From positions 7,371 to 71,370 of the forward strand of contig MHOK01000005.1 of the NCBI GenBank assembly GCA_001820055.1: a stretch of 64,000 nucleotides of DNA. The letters are read 5' to 3'. The stretch comes from Candidatus Spechtbacteria bacterium RIFCSPLOWO2_12_FULL_38_22 (lineage in GTDB: Bacteria; Patescibacteriota; Minisyncoccia; Spechtbacterales; 2-12-FULL-38-22). Position 1 is the stretch's first letter, and each line of letters opens with the position of its first letter. Shown here piece by piece: positions 44,773 through 54,040 of this stretch. The notes beneath the pieces were generated by a model. It did not search any database. It was not told the DNA's origin and was given only the letters and a program-made list of their open reading frames with translations. The translations under genes were made by a program, and so were the position numbers.

Positions 44773-46542
44773 ATGAAGCAGCTTGACGCACAACAAATCA
44801 ACCAGAAAGAACTTGAGCAAGAAAAAAAAAGGCGTTTAATAAATGTCCTGGCACCTCCGGTGGTAGAAATTGAAGCAGATTTTATAAAATTAGGTGGAGT
44901 ATTTGTTCGTACATTATTTATATCAAGTTACCCTAGATTTCTTTCACAAAACTGGATCAGTCCAATTATAAATTTGGACGAAACTGTTGATGTGTCCATA
45001 TTTATACAACCGATACCAACAGAATCTGTGCTTAAAAAACTGGAAAGCCAACTGACCGGCGTGGAAGCAGATATGATGGAGCGAGAAAAAAAGGGGCTGA
45101 TTCGCGACCCATTGCTTGAAGCGGCGTATACAAATATAGAAGATTTGAGAGATAAAATGCAAACCTCAGAAGAGAGGGTATTTAAGTTTGGGTTATATTT
45201 AATGCTTTACGGAAAAACAAAAGAAGCGCTTGAAGATGTTGAAAATAAAATTAAATCCCTACTGGAAAGTAGATTGATATACGCAAAACCCGTTGTATAC
45301 AAACAAGAACAGGGAATCGTGGGTGGACTACCTCTGGGTATAGACAACCTTAAATTAAACACGAGCCTAAACACATCATCGCTTTCTGCGTCTTTCCCTT
45401 TTGTTTCTTTTGACTTATCGGACAACAAGGGCATTCTTTATGGAATTAACCGACACAATTCAAGCCTAATACTATTTGACCGTTTCTCCTTAGAAAACGC
45501 AAATACTGTGGTTTTAGGAAAAAGTGGGGGGGGTAAAAGTTATGCTGTAAAATTAGAGATTCTGCGCTCTTTAATGCTTGGCATAGACAATATTGTAATA
45601 GATCCAGAAAATGAGTATAAATATCTTGCGGAAGCGACAGGAGGCAGTTTTTTTCATATATCGCTTACAAGCGGGGACCATATAAACCCTTTTGATATAC
45701 CCCAACCCCAACCAGACGATAAACCTCAAGAGGTTTATCGGGCTAATGTAATAACCTTAATGGGACTACTCAAACTTATGCTGGGCTCTATGACCCCAGA
45801 AGAAGAAAGCGTTTTAAATGAAGCAATAGACCAAACTTATGCCTCATACGATATTACAGCGGACACAGAGAGTTTCTGGAAAAAATCTCCACCCCTAATG
45901 AGAGACCTCCAGGCCGTGCTAGAAAGCATGCAAGGGGGAGAAGCGCTTGGACAACGGTTAGAAAAATATACGAAAGGCATCTATTCAGGATTTTTAAACG
46001 AAAGAACAAACGTAGAGCTAAACGACCAGCTGGTTGTTTTAAGCATAAGGGATATGGAAGAGGAACTGCGCCCAATAGCCATGTATATAATAATTGACTA
46101 TATCTGGGGAGCTATACGGCGGGAGCTTAAAAAAAGAATTTTAACAATAGACGAGGCTTGGTGGATGCTACAACAAAAAGAAAGTGCCTCGTTTTTGTTT
46201 GGAATTGCAAAACGAGCTCGTAAATACTTTTTGGGGTTAACAACTATCTCCCAAGATATAGCAGATTTTTTAAGCAGTGACTACGGCCGCGCTATTATTG
46301 CAAATTCTTCACTTCAAATTTTAATGAAGCAGTCTCCAACCACAATAGACCAAGTGCAAGAAGTATTTAATTTGACAGATGAAGAAAAACTACTGTTACT
46401 GGAGGACAATGTGGGCGAGGGTTTGTTTTTTGCGGGAACCAAGCATGTCGCCATAAAAATAATGTCCTCCTACATAGAAGACCAAATAATAACATCCGAC
46501 CCAGAGCAACTGCTTGAAATAAAAAGAATGAAAGAAAATTAA
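44773..46542 (+). CDS. VirB4-like T4SS ATPase
   Basis: Walker A GKSGGGKS, IDPENEY, Walker B LTIDEAW, KRARKY, GEGLFF; start placed at ATG 44773. Confidence 0.92.
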   Translation: MKQLDAQQINQKELEQEKKRRLINVLAPPVVEIEADFIKLGGVFVRTLFISSYPRFLSQNWISPIINLDETVDVSIFIQPIPTESVLKKLESQLTGVEADMMEREKKGLIRDPLLEAAYTNIEDLRDKMQTSEERVFKFGLYLMLYGKTKEALEDVENKIKSLLESRLIYAKPVVYKQEQGIVGGLPLGIDNLKLNTSLNTSSLSASFPFVSFDLSDNKGILYGINRHNSSLILFDRFSLENANTVVLGKSGGGKSYAVKLEILRSLMLGIDNIVIDPENEYKYLAEATGGSFFHISLTSGDHINPFDIPQPQPDDKPQEVYRANVITLMGLLKLMLGSMTPEEESVLNEAIDQTYASYDITADTESFWKKSPPLMRDLQAVLESMQGGEALGQRLEKYTKGIYSGFLNERTNVELNDQLVVLSIRDMEEELRPIAMYIIIDYIWGAIRRELKKRILTIDEAWWMLQQKESASFLFGIAKRARKYFLGLTTISQDIADFLSSDYGRAIIANSSLQILMKQSPTTIDQVQEVFNLTDEEKLLLLEDNVGEGLFFAGTKHVAIKIMSSYIEDQIITSDPEQLLEIKRMKEN

Positions 46543-46543
46543 T

Positions 46544-46897
46544 ATGGCTTTGCTCCACAAGAAATTAAAAAAGCGTATAGAAAAAGAATCTGTGTGGGGA
46601 GATAACTTCTTAATATTATTCTGGGCTATATTTATAGACATTATAGGATTTATTTCCGGATTATTGGGATTTCTTATTGTTCCTATAATATTTTCTAACA
46701 TTCTAAGTTCCATAGCCGGTATTCCTATTTTTGTTTGGGGTTATAAAAAATATAAAAAACGCGGAGGCTTTGGTGTTTGGAAATACATAAAACAAGTCTG
46801 GAGGACATCTCTAGCAGAAACGCTTGTAAGCCCGGGACCATGGTTAACTTTATTCGTAAGAAAAACAATACGAGGTAAAAAAATATTTAAATTCTAA
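46544..46897 (+). CDS. Small membrane protein in the T4SS cluster
   Basis: Hydrophobic helices; tightly coupled to neighbours. Confidence 0.65.
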   Translation: MALLHKKLKKRIEKESVWGDNFLILFWAIFIDIIGFISGLLGFLIVPIIFSNILSSIAGIPIFVWGYKKYKKRGGFGVWKYIKQVWRTSLAETLVSPGPWLTLFVRKTIRGKKIFKF

Positions 46898-46898
46898 A

Positions 46899-48122
46899 AT
46901 GCTAAACTTCACAAAAAAGTCCACAAGCATTCTTGCGCTCTTCATACTAGTTTTTGGCGGTTGGGGTATAAACGCAAACACGCATGACACACGAGAAGCT
47001 GATATAATATATACTCCGCCATCCGAAGCAACTACCACAGCGGGAGAACCCATAGAACTGGGACCTATAAAATGCAACGTTAACTGGCCACGAATTCCTA
47101 TTCCGGGCGGAACTTTTGACCTAAACGAGTACTGCCAACCGGGCGCTTCAATAAGTATCGGCACCGTGATTGCCGCAATATATGCAACAGCACTCTGGCT
47201 TGGCGGTTTAATCGCATTTGGCGCTTTGTTTTATTCAGGGTTTTTATATATATTTTCTGGAAATGTTCCGGCAAATCGGTCTAAAGCGCGGGGTATGCTA
47301 GTTAATGTAGCATGGGGCATGGGAATACTACTACTTTCCTGGGTAACGCTCAGGTTGATAAATCCAGATATAACTAACCTAAAATTCCAAGAACCTCAAA
47401 AAACTAGAGTATGTCTGGACGCCAATCAGATAAACTGCATACCGGTGCCGGGTTTTATAGGAAGAGTCTCCTATAGCCCATACAATGCCGGAGATCCCTT
47501 GGAATCGGCTAGATGTATCGGGACAGGAGATGTGCGAGTGGGAGACTCCACTCTAAACAGTCTGGCAAATATTATGTGTGAAAGCGAAGAACTACTTAGA
47601 AAAGACGCCCATTCTTACCTAATACAGGCTGTCGGAAATTCAAATTGTTCTCAAGAGGATGTGGATGCGCTGTTGTTAAAAACAGAAACACTATGTCCTG
47701 CGAACCAGCCCGGAGATGAAGCGCTGGGAATAACCGGGGACACTGTGTCAACTGGTTTATGCTACTGGCAAGGACAATACGGTGGGGGAGCAGGAATATC
47801 TTTTGGAGCAAGCGGAGCTGTATATTTTCCGAATGACTATCTAGGCGATGCAGCTGATGATTTTTTGGAAATTGCTAACCTAGACATAATTGATGCTACG
47901 TCTCCCAGTGCCGAATTCGTTAATGCTATTCAAAAAAACCTTGACGCTGTTTTTGACTATTGTTCAAACGAAGATTCTAACCCCAACATCTGCATACTAC
48001 TGGACGAAGACGAATCCAACATCGCTGACCTAAACCCAGCACGAAGGGAGGCGCTACGTTGTTTCTGCACCAGGGACATATTACCATCCAAGTGGAACCC
48101 ATCTTTCCCTGAATGCAACTAA
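46899..48122 (+). CDS. VirB2-like pilin domain fused to a Cys-rich C-terminal extension
   Basis: GGLIAFG.LFY.GFLYIFSGN.P..RSKA..ML.N..WG..LL.....INPD pilin core. Confidence 0.75.
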   Translation: MLNFTKKSTSILALFILVFGGWGINANTHDTREADIIYTPPSEATTTAGEPIELGPIKCNVNWPRIPIPGGTFDLNEYCQPGASISIGTVIAAIYATALWLGGLIAFGALFYSGFLYIFSGNVPANRSKARGMLVNVAWGMGILLLSWVTLRLINPDITNLKFQEPQKTRVCLDANQINCIPVPGFIGRVSYSPYNAGDPLESARCIGTGDVRVGDSTLNSLANIMCESEELLRKDAHSYLIQAVGNSNCSQEDVDALLLKTETLCPANQPGDEALGITGDTVSTGLCYWQGQYGGGAGISFGASGAVYFPNDYLGDAADDFLEIANLDIIDATSPSAEFVNAIQKNLDAVFDYCSNEDSNPNICILLDEDESNIADLNPARREALRCFCTRDILPSKWNPSFPECN

Positions 48123-48131
48123 ACACCCTTT

Positions 48132-49715
48132 ATGATTATTAAAAATAAAAAATACATAATACTGGGCTTATCTATTTTGGTACTATTGCCTACTACCTTT
48201 GTATACGCCGCAGAGTCCCCAAACATAATCTTTAATACGAACTTCCCAGCAATTCCCGCTCCAGTACCAGGAGGGTTTTTTGATTTAAATTGCATAGAAG
48301 GATTAAACTCTAATCTGTGTAGTAGCAACTTTGAATATGCTCCAACTATTGGAAACATAATTTTATTTATATTTACCGCCGCGATATGGATCGGCGGACT
48401 TGTCGCATTTGGGGTTTTATTCTACGGCGGGTTTTTATATATATTTTCTGGAAACGCTCCGGCTAATCGATCTAAAGCGCGAGGCATGTTGGTTAATGTA
48501 GCATGGGGAATTGGGATTTTACTCCTTTCTGTTGTATTTTTAAACTTAATAAACCCTGATGTTGCTAACTTGCGTTTTGAGAACCCCGAAGCCATCCAAA
48601 CTTGTCCCGACGGCACAACTGATTGTATAACCTACCCAGAATTGCCAAAACAATACAACACATTTGGATGTAGTTGGAACGAACAGGAAGACAAGTGCGA
48701 AATAGCCCAAGATACCGTAGCGTGTACACTTGGGTTTAAAACCTCTGGTGTGTGTGAAAAAGTTAATGGACTTCATAACCAAAATAGCTTACTTGATAAC
48801 GAAAAGGTTTGTAAAAGCTTAAAATCAAATGCTTGCGCGCTAAGTTCTGAGGGCGAAGACGCAGTTGGCAATGTTGGTTCCTATGTAGCATGTCTTGGAA
48901 CTTGCCTGTCACAAGGAAAATTAGAGGCAACATGCCAAAACGAGTGTTCTGTTTATACAGGAGGGGGCAGCGGATACTCTTGCCGGGAAAGATGCCAGGA
49001 AACCCTTCCTCCACAACTAGCGCATGAGTGTTCAGAGCTTCCGTCATGCTTAGAAACTCCCCCCGGAGTTACACCTGCAGCTGACGGATATTTTAAACTA
49101 CCCGCTTCAAATTTTTATACCAAAAGATACGAAGACGCATCGTGTGGCAAATTAGAACTAATACAAGCAATATATGTTGTGGCAAAAAGATGGTCAGAAA
49201 TAGGGGGGTCTAAAATGAATGTAACGGATTTAAACGGGGGAGGAGATTACAACTCCGGAGTTTGCCACTCAACCCATAATAGAGGCATCGACGTTGATAT
49301 TCATATTGAAGGTGTAACGCTGCACAAAACAGCAAATTCTGGAGAGTGGCTAATTAAACTGGGTAAACTACTAGTGGACACCGGGGTCGTGTCAGGATTC
49401 ATACACAGAACTGATGCTCCCCAGGATGCCGCAGCTTTAGAAGTTGTTAATAGATACTTTGAGAATAAATTCCCAAATCGAAACCCCTGGCACCCACCAT
49501 GGGCTCTAAATGAGGGGTTCTGGAGGACGGATACTGCAGGTAATCACGAAGATCATATGCACATACATATTGGCGACTCAGACGGAGCAACGGGGACAGG
49601 AATTCAACCTGGACCATACAATAGGTCTTGTAGTAGGGATACAACCTTAAGATATTATTCGAGCTCCGATTATTGTTGCTATAGAACAGATGGAGGGCAA
49701 CAAAAGTGTGGTTAG
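48132..49715 (+). CDS. VirB2-like pilin + Cys-rich linker + MepA/M74-like murein endopeptidase domain
   Basis: Same pilin core; CHSTHNRGIDVD and HEDHMH Zn motifs. Confidence 0.78.
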   Translation: MIIKNKKYIILGLSILVLLPTTFVYAAESPNIIFNTNFPAIPAPVPGGFFDLNCIEGLNSNLCSSNFEYAPTIGNIILFIFTAAIWIGGLVAFGVLFYGGFLYIFSGNAPANRSKARGMLVNVAWGIGILLLSVVFLNLINPDVANLRFENPEAIQTCPDGTTDCITYPELPKQYNTFGCSWNEQEDKCEIAQDTVACTLGFKTSGVCEKVNGLHNQNSLLDNEKVCKSLKSNACALSSEGEDAVGNVGSYVACLGTCLSQGKLEATCQNECSVYTGGGSGYSCRERCQETLPPQLAHECSELPSCLETPPGVTPAADGYFKLPASNFYTKRYEDASCGKLELIQAIYVVAKRWSEIGGSKMNVTDLNGGGDYNSGVCHSTHNRGIDVDIHIEGVTLHKTANSGEWLIKLGKLLVDTGVVSGFIHRTDAPQDAAALEVVNRYFENKFPNRNPWHPPWALNEGFWRTDTAGNHEDHMHIHIGDSDGATGTGIQPGPYNRSCSRDTTLRYYSSSDYCCYRTDGGQQKCG

Positions 49716-49740
49716 TTGTTTATTATTAACATAAAAGTAA

Positions 49741-50394
49741 ATGAAGCATAATCTGAAAACTTTATTAGCCTTTGGCGGCTTACTGCTGGGTTTAACTTTG
49801 ATATTTGTATTTATAAATAGGTTATGGGATGTACAAGATCCAGAAACTTTTGTAATAAAGAGAACAGACCAAACAACAACGCAATGGGATAGAATTTTAC
49901 AACAAAAAGACACAGAGAACGCAAAGATTATAACTAATGTATACGACGGCTACGAAATAACAATTCCAAAAAATTGGCTAGCTCCCCAAAAAAGTCCCTC
50001 TGCCCTACGTCTATATTCATACGAACAGCTACAATACCGTACAGAAAAAAATCTATTAGAAAATATAGAAAAATGGCCCCCACTAGAACACGAGATGCCG
50101 ATATTCAGTATAGATATCTTAGAAAAAATAGAAAAAACCCCTCTAGATGTTTGGCTAAACACCTCGCCCTTTGTAACAAACGTCCTCCCTGGTGAATTAA
50201 TTTTTAAAAAAATAAAAATAAACACTTTGGAAGCCTTGAAAGCTATACAACAAACATATGAAGAAGACGGTAGCCTAGGACTTATGCAAAGTGTCTTTGT
50301 TGTGTCTGGTAAGAATAGAGTTTACATCTTAACCTGCGCCGACGACTTACAAAAATGTGAAAACGCGATAAAAACCTTTAAAATCCTCGAATAA
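49741..50394 (+). CDS. Membrane-anchored hypothetical protein (PsbP-like fold possible)
   Basis: N-terminal TM; GYEITIPKNW, RVYILT, IKTFKI. Confidence 0.65.
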   Translation: MKHNLKTLLAFGGLLLGLTLIFVFINRLWDVQDPETFVIKRTDQTTTQWDRILQQKDTENAKIITNVYDGYEITIPKNWLAPQKSPSALRLYSYEQLQYRTEKNLLENIEKWPPLEHEMPIFSIDILEKIEKTPLDVWLNTSPFVTNVLPGELIFKKIKINTLEALKAIQQTYEEDGSLGLMQSVFVVSGKNRVYILTCADDLQKCENAIKTFKILE

Positions 50395-50404
50395 GTGGGC
50401 CCAC

Positions 50405-50457
50405 AAATCAACAAATAAACGTTTCAAACCTGGTTTGAAACGTTTATTTGTTGATTT
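50405..50457. repeat. Perfect 53-bp palindrome (26-bp arms) between convergent genes
   Basis: AAATCAACAAATAAACGTTTCAAACC-T-GGTTTGAAACGTTTATTTGTTGATTT. Confidence 0.92.
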
Positions 50458-51903
50458 TTAATCCAGTTGCTGATCGGTTTTGGAGAGTAAGTTTGAAGGT
50501 AATATCTTATGAAGTCTAAGTAAATAAGAAGATGCTATAAATATCCCAACACCAAACACGAATACCCGCATGAACCGGTTAGCACCAAGAGGTGTTTGTA
50601 TGTCCGCTATAGCGTAAAACACAAACCCCCCAACAACAGTAGCAACTAACACCGCCCGAAACAACACAGAAAACGAGATACTAAATTTAGTCTTCGTTCT
50701 TACAATATAAACTATGTAAATAAACACTAGTAATTCGGTGGCAACCGTGGTCCACGAAGCTCCCAAATAAGAATACTTAGGTATAAAAATTAAATTAGCG
50801 ACAAAATTAAAAATAAATCCGGCTACGTAAGCCCACATTGCTTTTTTTTGTAAATCCAAAGCTACCACGCTGTTGCCAAAAAGGGTAGCTAAAAATATTA
50901 TACCTGTTGCAATAAATAATATCTGAAGTGGCAAACCAGAGGGTAAAAACTCTGTTCCCCCTATAAAATTTACTATTGAATAAGAGAGTAAAACCCCACA
51001 AACCACCGCCGTCAATGTTACTGTAAATATCAACTCCACTAAACGGGAAAGTAAATGAGAAAACTTTTCTTTATTTTCTTTCGCATAACGTGAAAGAATA
51101 GGGAGCAAAAGACCAACAAAAGCTGCTGGAAAAAATATCAAAACCTCCAAAATCTTATAGGCTACGTTGTATGTTCCTACTTCTTCCTGCGTTTTTATGA
51201 TAGATAAAAGAAGTGTGTCTGATTTAAAATATAGAAGTGTAAAAATAATAGAAATAGCAATCGGATAGGTGGTTTTTATAATTCTTCGCCACTCTAAATT
51301 TCTAAAAGTTACCTTAAACGGAACTAAACGACGAACAAACACCAAGTCAACTACAAATATAACAAACACCCCCGCAAGTACAGCGCTTAGATAGTGAAAC
51401 AGTCCGCCCCCCCTGACAAAAAAGAACCATACAAAACCCAACTGAACAACCCGGCCCAAAACTTCAGCGAACGCCGCTTTATAAACTTGTAAATATTTCT
51501 GAAAAACTCCCAAAAAAAGCTGTGTTAAAGAAAGCATAACAAATGCGGAAGATGCAAAAACTATTCCTAGTTTAAGCTCGCGTGAATACGGAAACAAAAA
51601 TACCAACACGCTCGCCAAGGCCATAAAAAATACGGCCACAATAAGCCGTAGCGTAAAGAACTGTCCCACCAACTGTTTTTCCTGTTCAGGTTTTTGAGAT
51701 ATCTCTTTGGTCAATAAAGAATACAACCCCAAGTCCGCTAAAATTTGAAAAGTAGACAAATAAGCAACGCCTGTTGCGTATTGCCCAAATCCAAAAACAC
51801 CAAGGGAGCGGGTAATGAAACCCAAAATCACGAGCGAAATGCCCCCGCCAAGAACCTTGCCTAACGAAGAAGCAATGGTATTAAGTGTTATTTTCCTCAA
51901 CAT
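50458..51903 (-). CDS. Wzx-like oligosaccharide flippase (MOP superfamily)
   Basis: ADLGL, D.LLLS...EVG.Y..AY, IP.Y..LGA..T..E; many TMs. Confidence 0.88.
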   Translation of the reverse strand: MLRKITLNTIASSLGKVLGGGISLVILGFITRSLGVFGFGQYATGVAYLSTFQILADLGLYSLLTKEISQKPEQEKQLVGQFFTLRLIVAVFFMALASVLVFLFPYSRELKLGIVFASSAFVMLSLTQLFLGVFQKYLQVYKAAFAEVLGRVVQLGFVWFFFVRGGGLFHYLSAVLAGVFVIFVVDLVFVRRLVPFKVTFRNLEWRRIIKTTYPIAISIIFTLLYFKSDTLLLSIIKTQEEVGTYNVAYKILEVLIFFPAAFVGLLLPILSRYAKENKEKFSHLLSRLVELIFTVTLTAVVCGVLLSYSIVNFIGGTEFLPSGLPLQILFIATGIIFLATLFGNSVVALDLQKKAMWAYVAGFIFNFVANLIFIPKYSYLGASWTTVATELLVFIYIVYIVRTKTKFSISFSVLFRAVLVATVVGGFVFYAIADIQTPLGANRFMRVFVFGVGIFIASSYLLRLHKILPSNLLSKTDQQLD

Positions 51904-52364
51904 TATTTTTTAAGCTTAACGACGATTCTGCGCTCGCGCCCCTCGCCCGTACTTTCAGTTTCCACGTCGCTAAATTCTGAAAGCGCGCTGTGTACTATGC
52001 GTCTATCAAAAGCGGTCATGGCCTCCATTTCTATATCTTTATCTTCTCTCAACGCTCGAGTGCGAGTAAAGTGCGCCATATCTTTTAAAAGCTCCGCGCG
52101 CTTTCTCTTGTACCCGTTAATATCCAGATCCATCACAACTTCATCCCCATGCTTTTTTCTGACCATCAAACGAACTAAGTGTTGTAGCGCGTTTAGATTC
52201 TTGCCTTTTTCTCCTATCAGCTGGCGAGGCTCATCAACAAAAACGTCCACAAAAAATCTGCCATCTTCTTCAATAACCTCCGGCGCTTGCAAAGAAATAT
52301 ATCCAGTTTTCTCCAACAACTCTTGAACGTCTCTTTTTAAATCCAACGCTATTTTAGATTTCAT
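51903..52364 (-). CDS. jag: Jag/KhpB-like KH-R3H RNA-binding protein (no Jag_N domain)
   Basis: LIGEKG.NLNALQHL, DINGY, RRIVH, STGEG; downstream of yidC. Confidence 0.9.
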   Translation of the reverse strand: MKSKIALDLKRDVQELLEKTGYISLQAPEVIEEDGRFFVDVFVDEPRQLIGEKGKNLNALQHLVRLMVRKKHGDEVVMDLDINGYKRKRAELLKDMAHFTRTRALREDKDIEMEAMTAFDRRIVHSALSEFSDVETESTGEGRERRIVVKLKK

Positions 52365-53080
52365 GTTGTTATTTTATTTAAAGATTTGTTAATAAAAAGC
52401 TGTTGAGCAAAAGAAAACACGGTAGTTACAAACCAGTAAAGAACGAGCCCCGCAGGAAAACTCTGCGCAATAAAAAAAGTAACCAGAGGCAAAACATATA
52501 TCATCTGTTTACCCATCATTCCTTGTAGCCCAGAATTTCCGCTTGTCCCTATTTTTTTCCTTTGGCTGAAAGTGATGCGCGATACCATAAATTGAGAAAA
52601 CGCGGCAAGAAACGCCAACACCATGGAAACTTCTGTCAAAGGAACTAAACCAAGAAAATTAGTGTTTATACCGGAAGGAGCACCGACGAAAGAGTATAAC
52701 CCGTTTAAAGTTTCGGGCGTAAGTTGTATCGAAAATACCTTATACAAACCTATAATAATTGGCAGTTGTATTAAAAATGGCAGACATCCAGCAAAAGGAT
52801 TAATATTATTTTTCTTATAAAACTCCATGACAGCTTGCGACTGTTTTTGGCGGTCGTCTTTAAATTCCTTCTGAATTTCTTTCAACTGTGGTTGTAGCTG
52901 CGACATCTTTTTTTGAGAAGAAAGCGCCTTATGAGACAAAGGGAAAAGTATAAGGCGCGTTATAACAGTAACAGCTACAATCGCCCAACCCAAACTATGC
53001 CCGGGTAAATAATCCACGATAAAAATCAAAAGATTAAGTATGGGCCTAAATATTATTTCATTAAAAATTGTTAGTAACAT
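52361..53080 (-). CDS. yidC: Membrane protein insertase YidC (short form)
   Basis: INPFAGCLP.LIQLP, PAGL.LYW. Confidence 0.95.
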   Translation of the reverse strand: MLLTIFNEIIFRPILNLLIFIVDYLPGHSLGWAIVAVTVITRLILFPLSHKALSSQKKMSQLQPQLKEIQKEFKDDRQKQSQAVMEFYKKNNINPFAGCLPFLIQLPIIIGLYKVFSIQLTPETLNGLYSFVGAPSGINTNFLGLVPLTEVSMVLAFLAAFSQFMVSRITFSQRKKIGTSGNSGLQGMMGKQMIYVLPLVTFFIAQSFPAGLVLYWFVTTVFSFAQQLFINKSLNKITT

Positions 53081-53087
53081 AATTAAA

Positions 53088-53357
53088 TTAATGGCATTTT
53101 TTTAACTGCGCAAACCCCGCTTTTAAGCCATGAAGCGCTCCGCGCTCCTTAATCGCTATTTTTGTGTACTGTGAACATGTCGGGCGGAACTTGCACTGCC
53201 CTACTGTAAAAAAACTTACAACACCGTGGTCTGGCGACAGCGTCCATTGATAAACTGTTATTAAACCTAAAAATAAAAAACTGGGAGTTCTTTTGGCCCA
53301 GCTATTGGTCAGTCTATTTTTAAAACATATTGGTTTTTTTAAATAGTTGTATTGCAT
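53088..53357 (-). CDS. yidD: Membrane protein insertion efficiency factor YidD
   Basis: YQ..LSPDHG, CKFRPTCSQY, CH; start uncertain. Confidence 0.88.
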   Translation of the reverse strand: MQYNYLKKPICFKNRLTNSWAKRTPSFLFLGLITVYQWTLSPDHGVVSFFTVGQCKFRPTCSQYTKIAIKERGALHGLKAGFAQLKKCH

Positions 53358-53655
53358 CTTCTCTTAAATCTTCAAATTTCCTATTTTTAATGTCTTCATT
53401 ACCTATAATTATAATGTCAAACCCTAAATTTAAATTCCCAATAGCCTCACGAGCCACATGGCGCAAAACTCTTTTGTAATAGTTCTTTTTAACAGAGGTT
53501 TTTGCAATCTTCTTGCTAACAGCGACACCGACTTTTATAATTCCAAAATTATTTTTGATAATTCTTACATAAAAAAATCTCCCTCTGTATACACGACCCT
53601 TGGCAAGTGTGTATTCAAATTCTTTCGTGTTTAATCTGTGTTTTTTAGAGAACAT
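53320..53655 (-). CDS. rnpA: Ribonuclease P protein component
   Basis: K.HRL, VGVAVSKK, SV.KN..KR; position between rpmH and yidD. Confidence 0.9.
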   Translation of the reverse strand: MFSKKHRLNTKEFEYTLAKGRVYRGRFFYVRIIKNNFGIIKVGVAVSKKIAKTSVKKNYYKRVLRHVAREAIGNLNLGFDIIIIGNEDIKNRKFEDLREDAIQLFKKTNMF

Positions 53656-53658
53656 ATA

Positions 53659-53802
53659 TTAAACCGCCAAACGTTTTCGTCCTTTGCTCCTGCGACGCGA
53701 CAAAACTCTACGCCCATTCTTTGTGGCGGCCCTCTTTAGAAATCCATGGGTTCTTTTTCTTCTACTTTTGCTTGGATTATATGTTTGTGCTTTTGTCGTC
53801 AT
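53659..53802 (-). CDS. rpmH: 50S ribosomal protein L34 (absent from the ORF track, 47 aa)
   Basis: Translated by hand: [47 protein letters not shown]. Confidence 0.96.
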   Translation of the reverse strand: MTTKAQTYNPSKSRRKRTHGFLKRAATKNGRRVLSRRRSKGRKRLAV

Positions 53803-54040
53803 ATTTATAACTTTACCACTTTAATGAACTGTTTTCAAGTTAGGAAAGTGATTCCACACACACTCCACAACTTATACCCAAAATTCGTAAAAAATCAAGA
53901 TTTACAACATGGTATGTGCTCGTGGTAGAATGGAATAGAATTAATCGCCCACACTTAGTTATCGTATCCGCCAACTACAGACTGCGACAAAAAACTAAAC
54001 GTAGTCCATAGACACCTTGTGGGTGGTGGCAAATAAAATT

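Noticed and set aside
40655-50394. Integrated conjugative element or prophage
   Set aside because: No integrase, relaxase, att repeats or phage structural genes; flanked by core genes
53746-53928. 60-aa plus-strand ORF upstream of dnaA
   Set aside because: Overlaps rpmH on the opposite strand and the putative origin spacer
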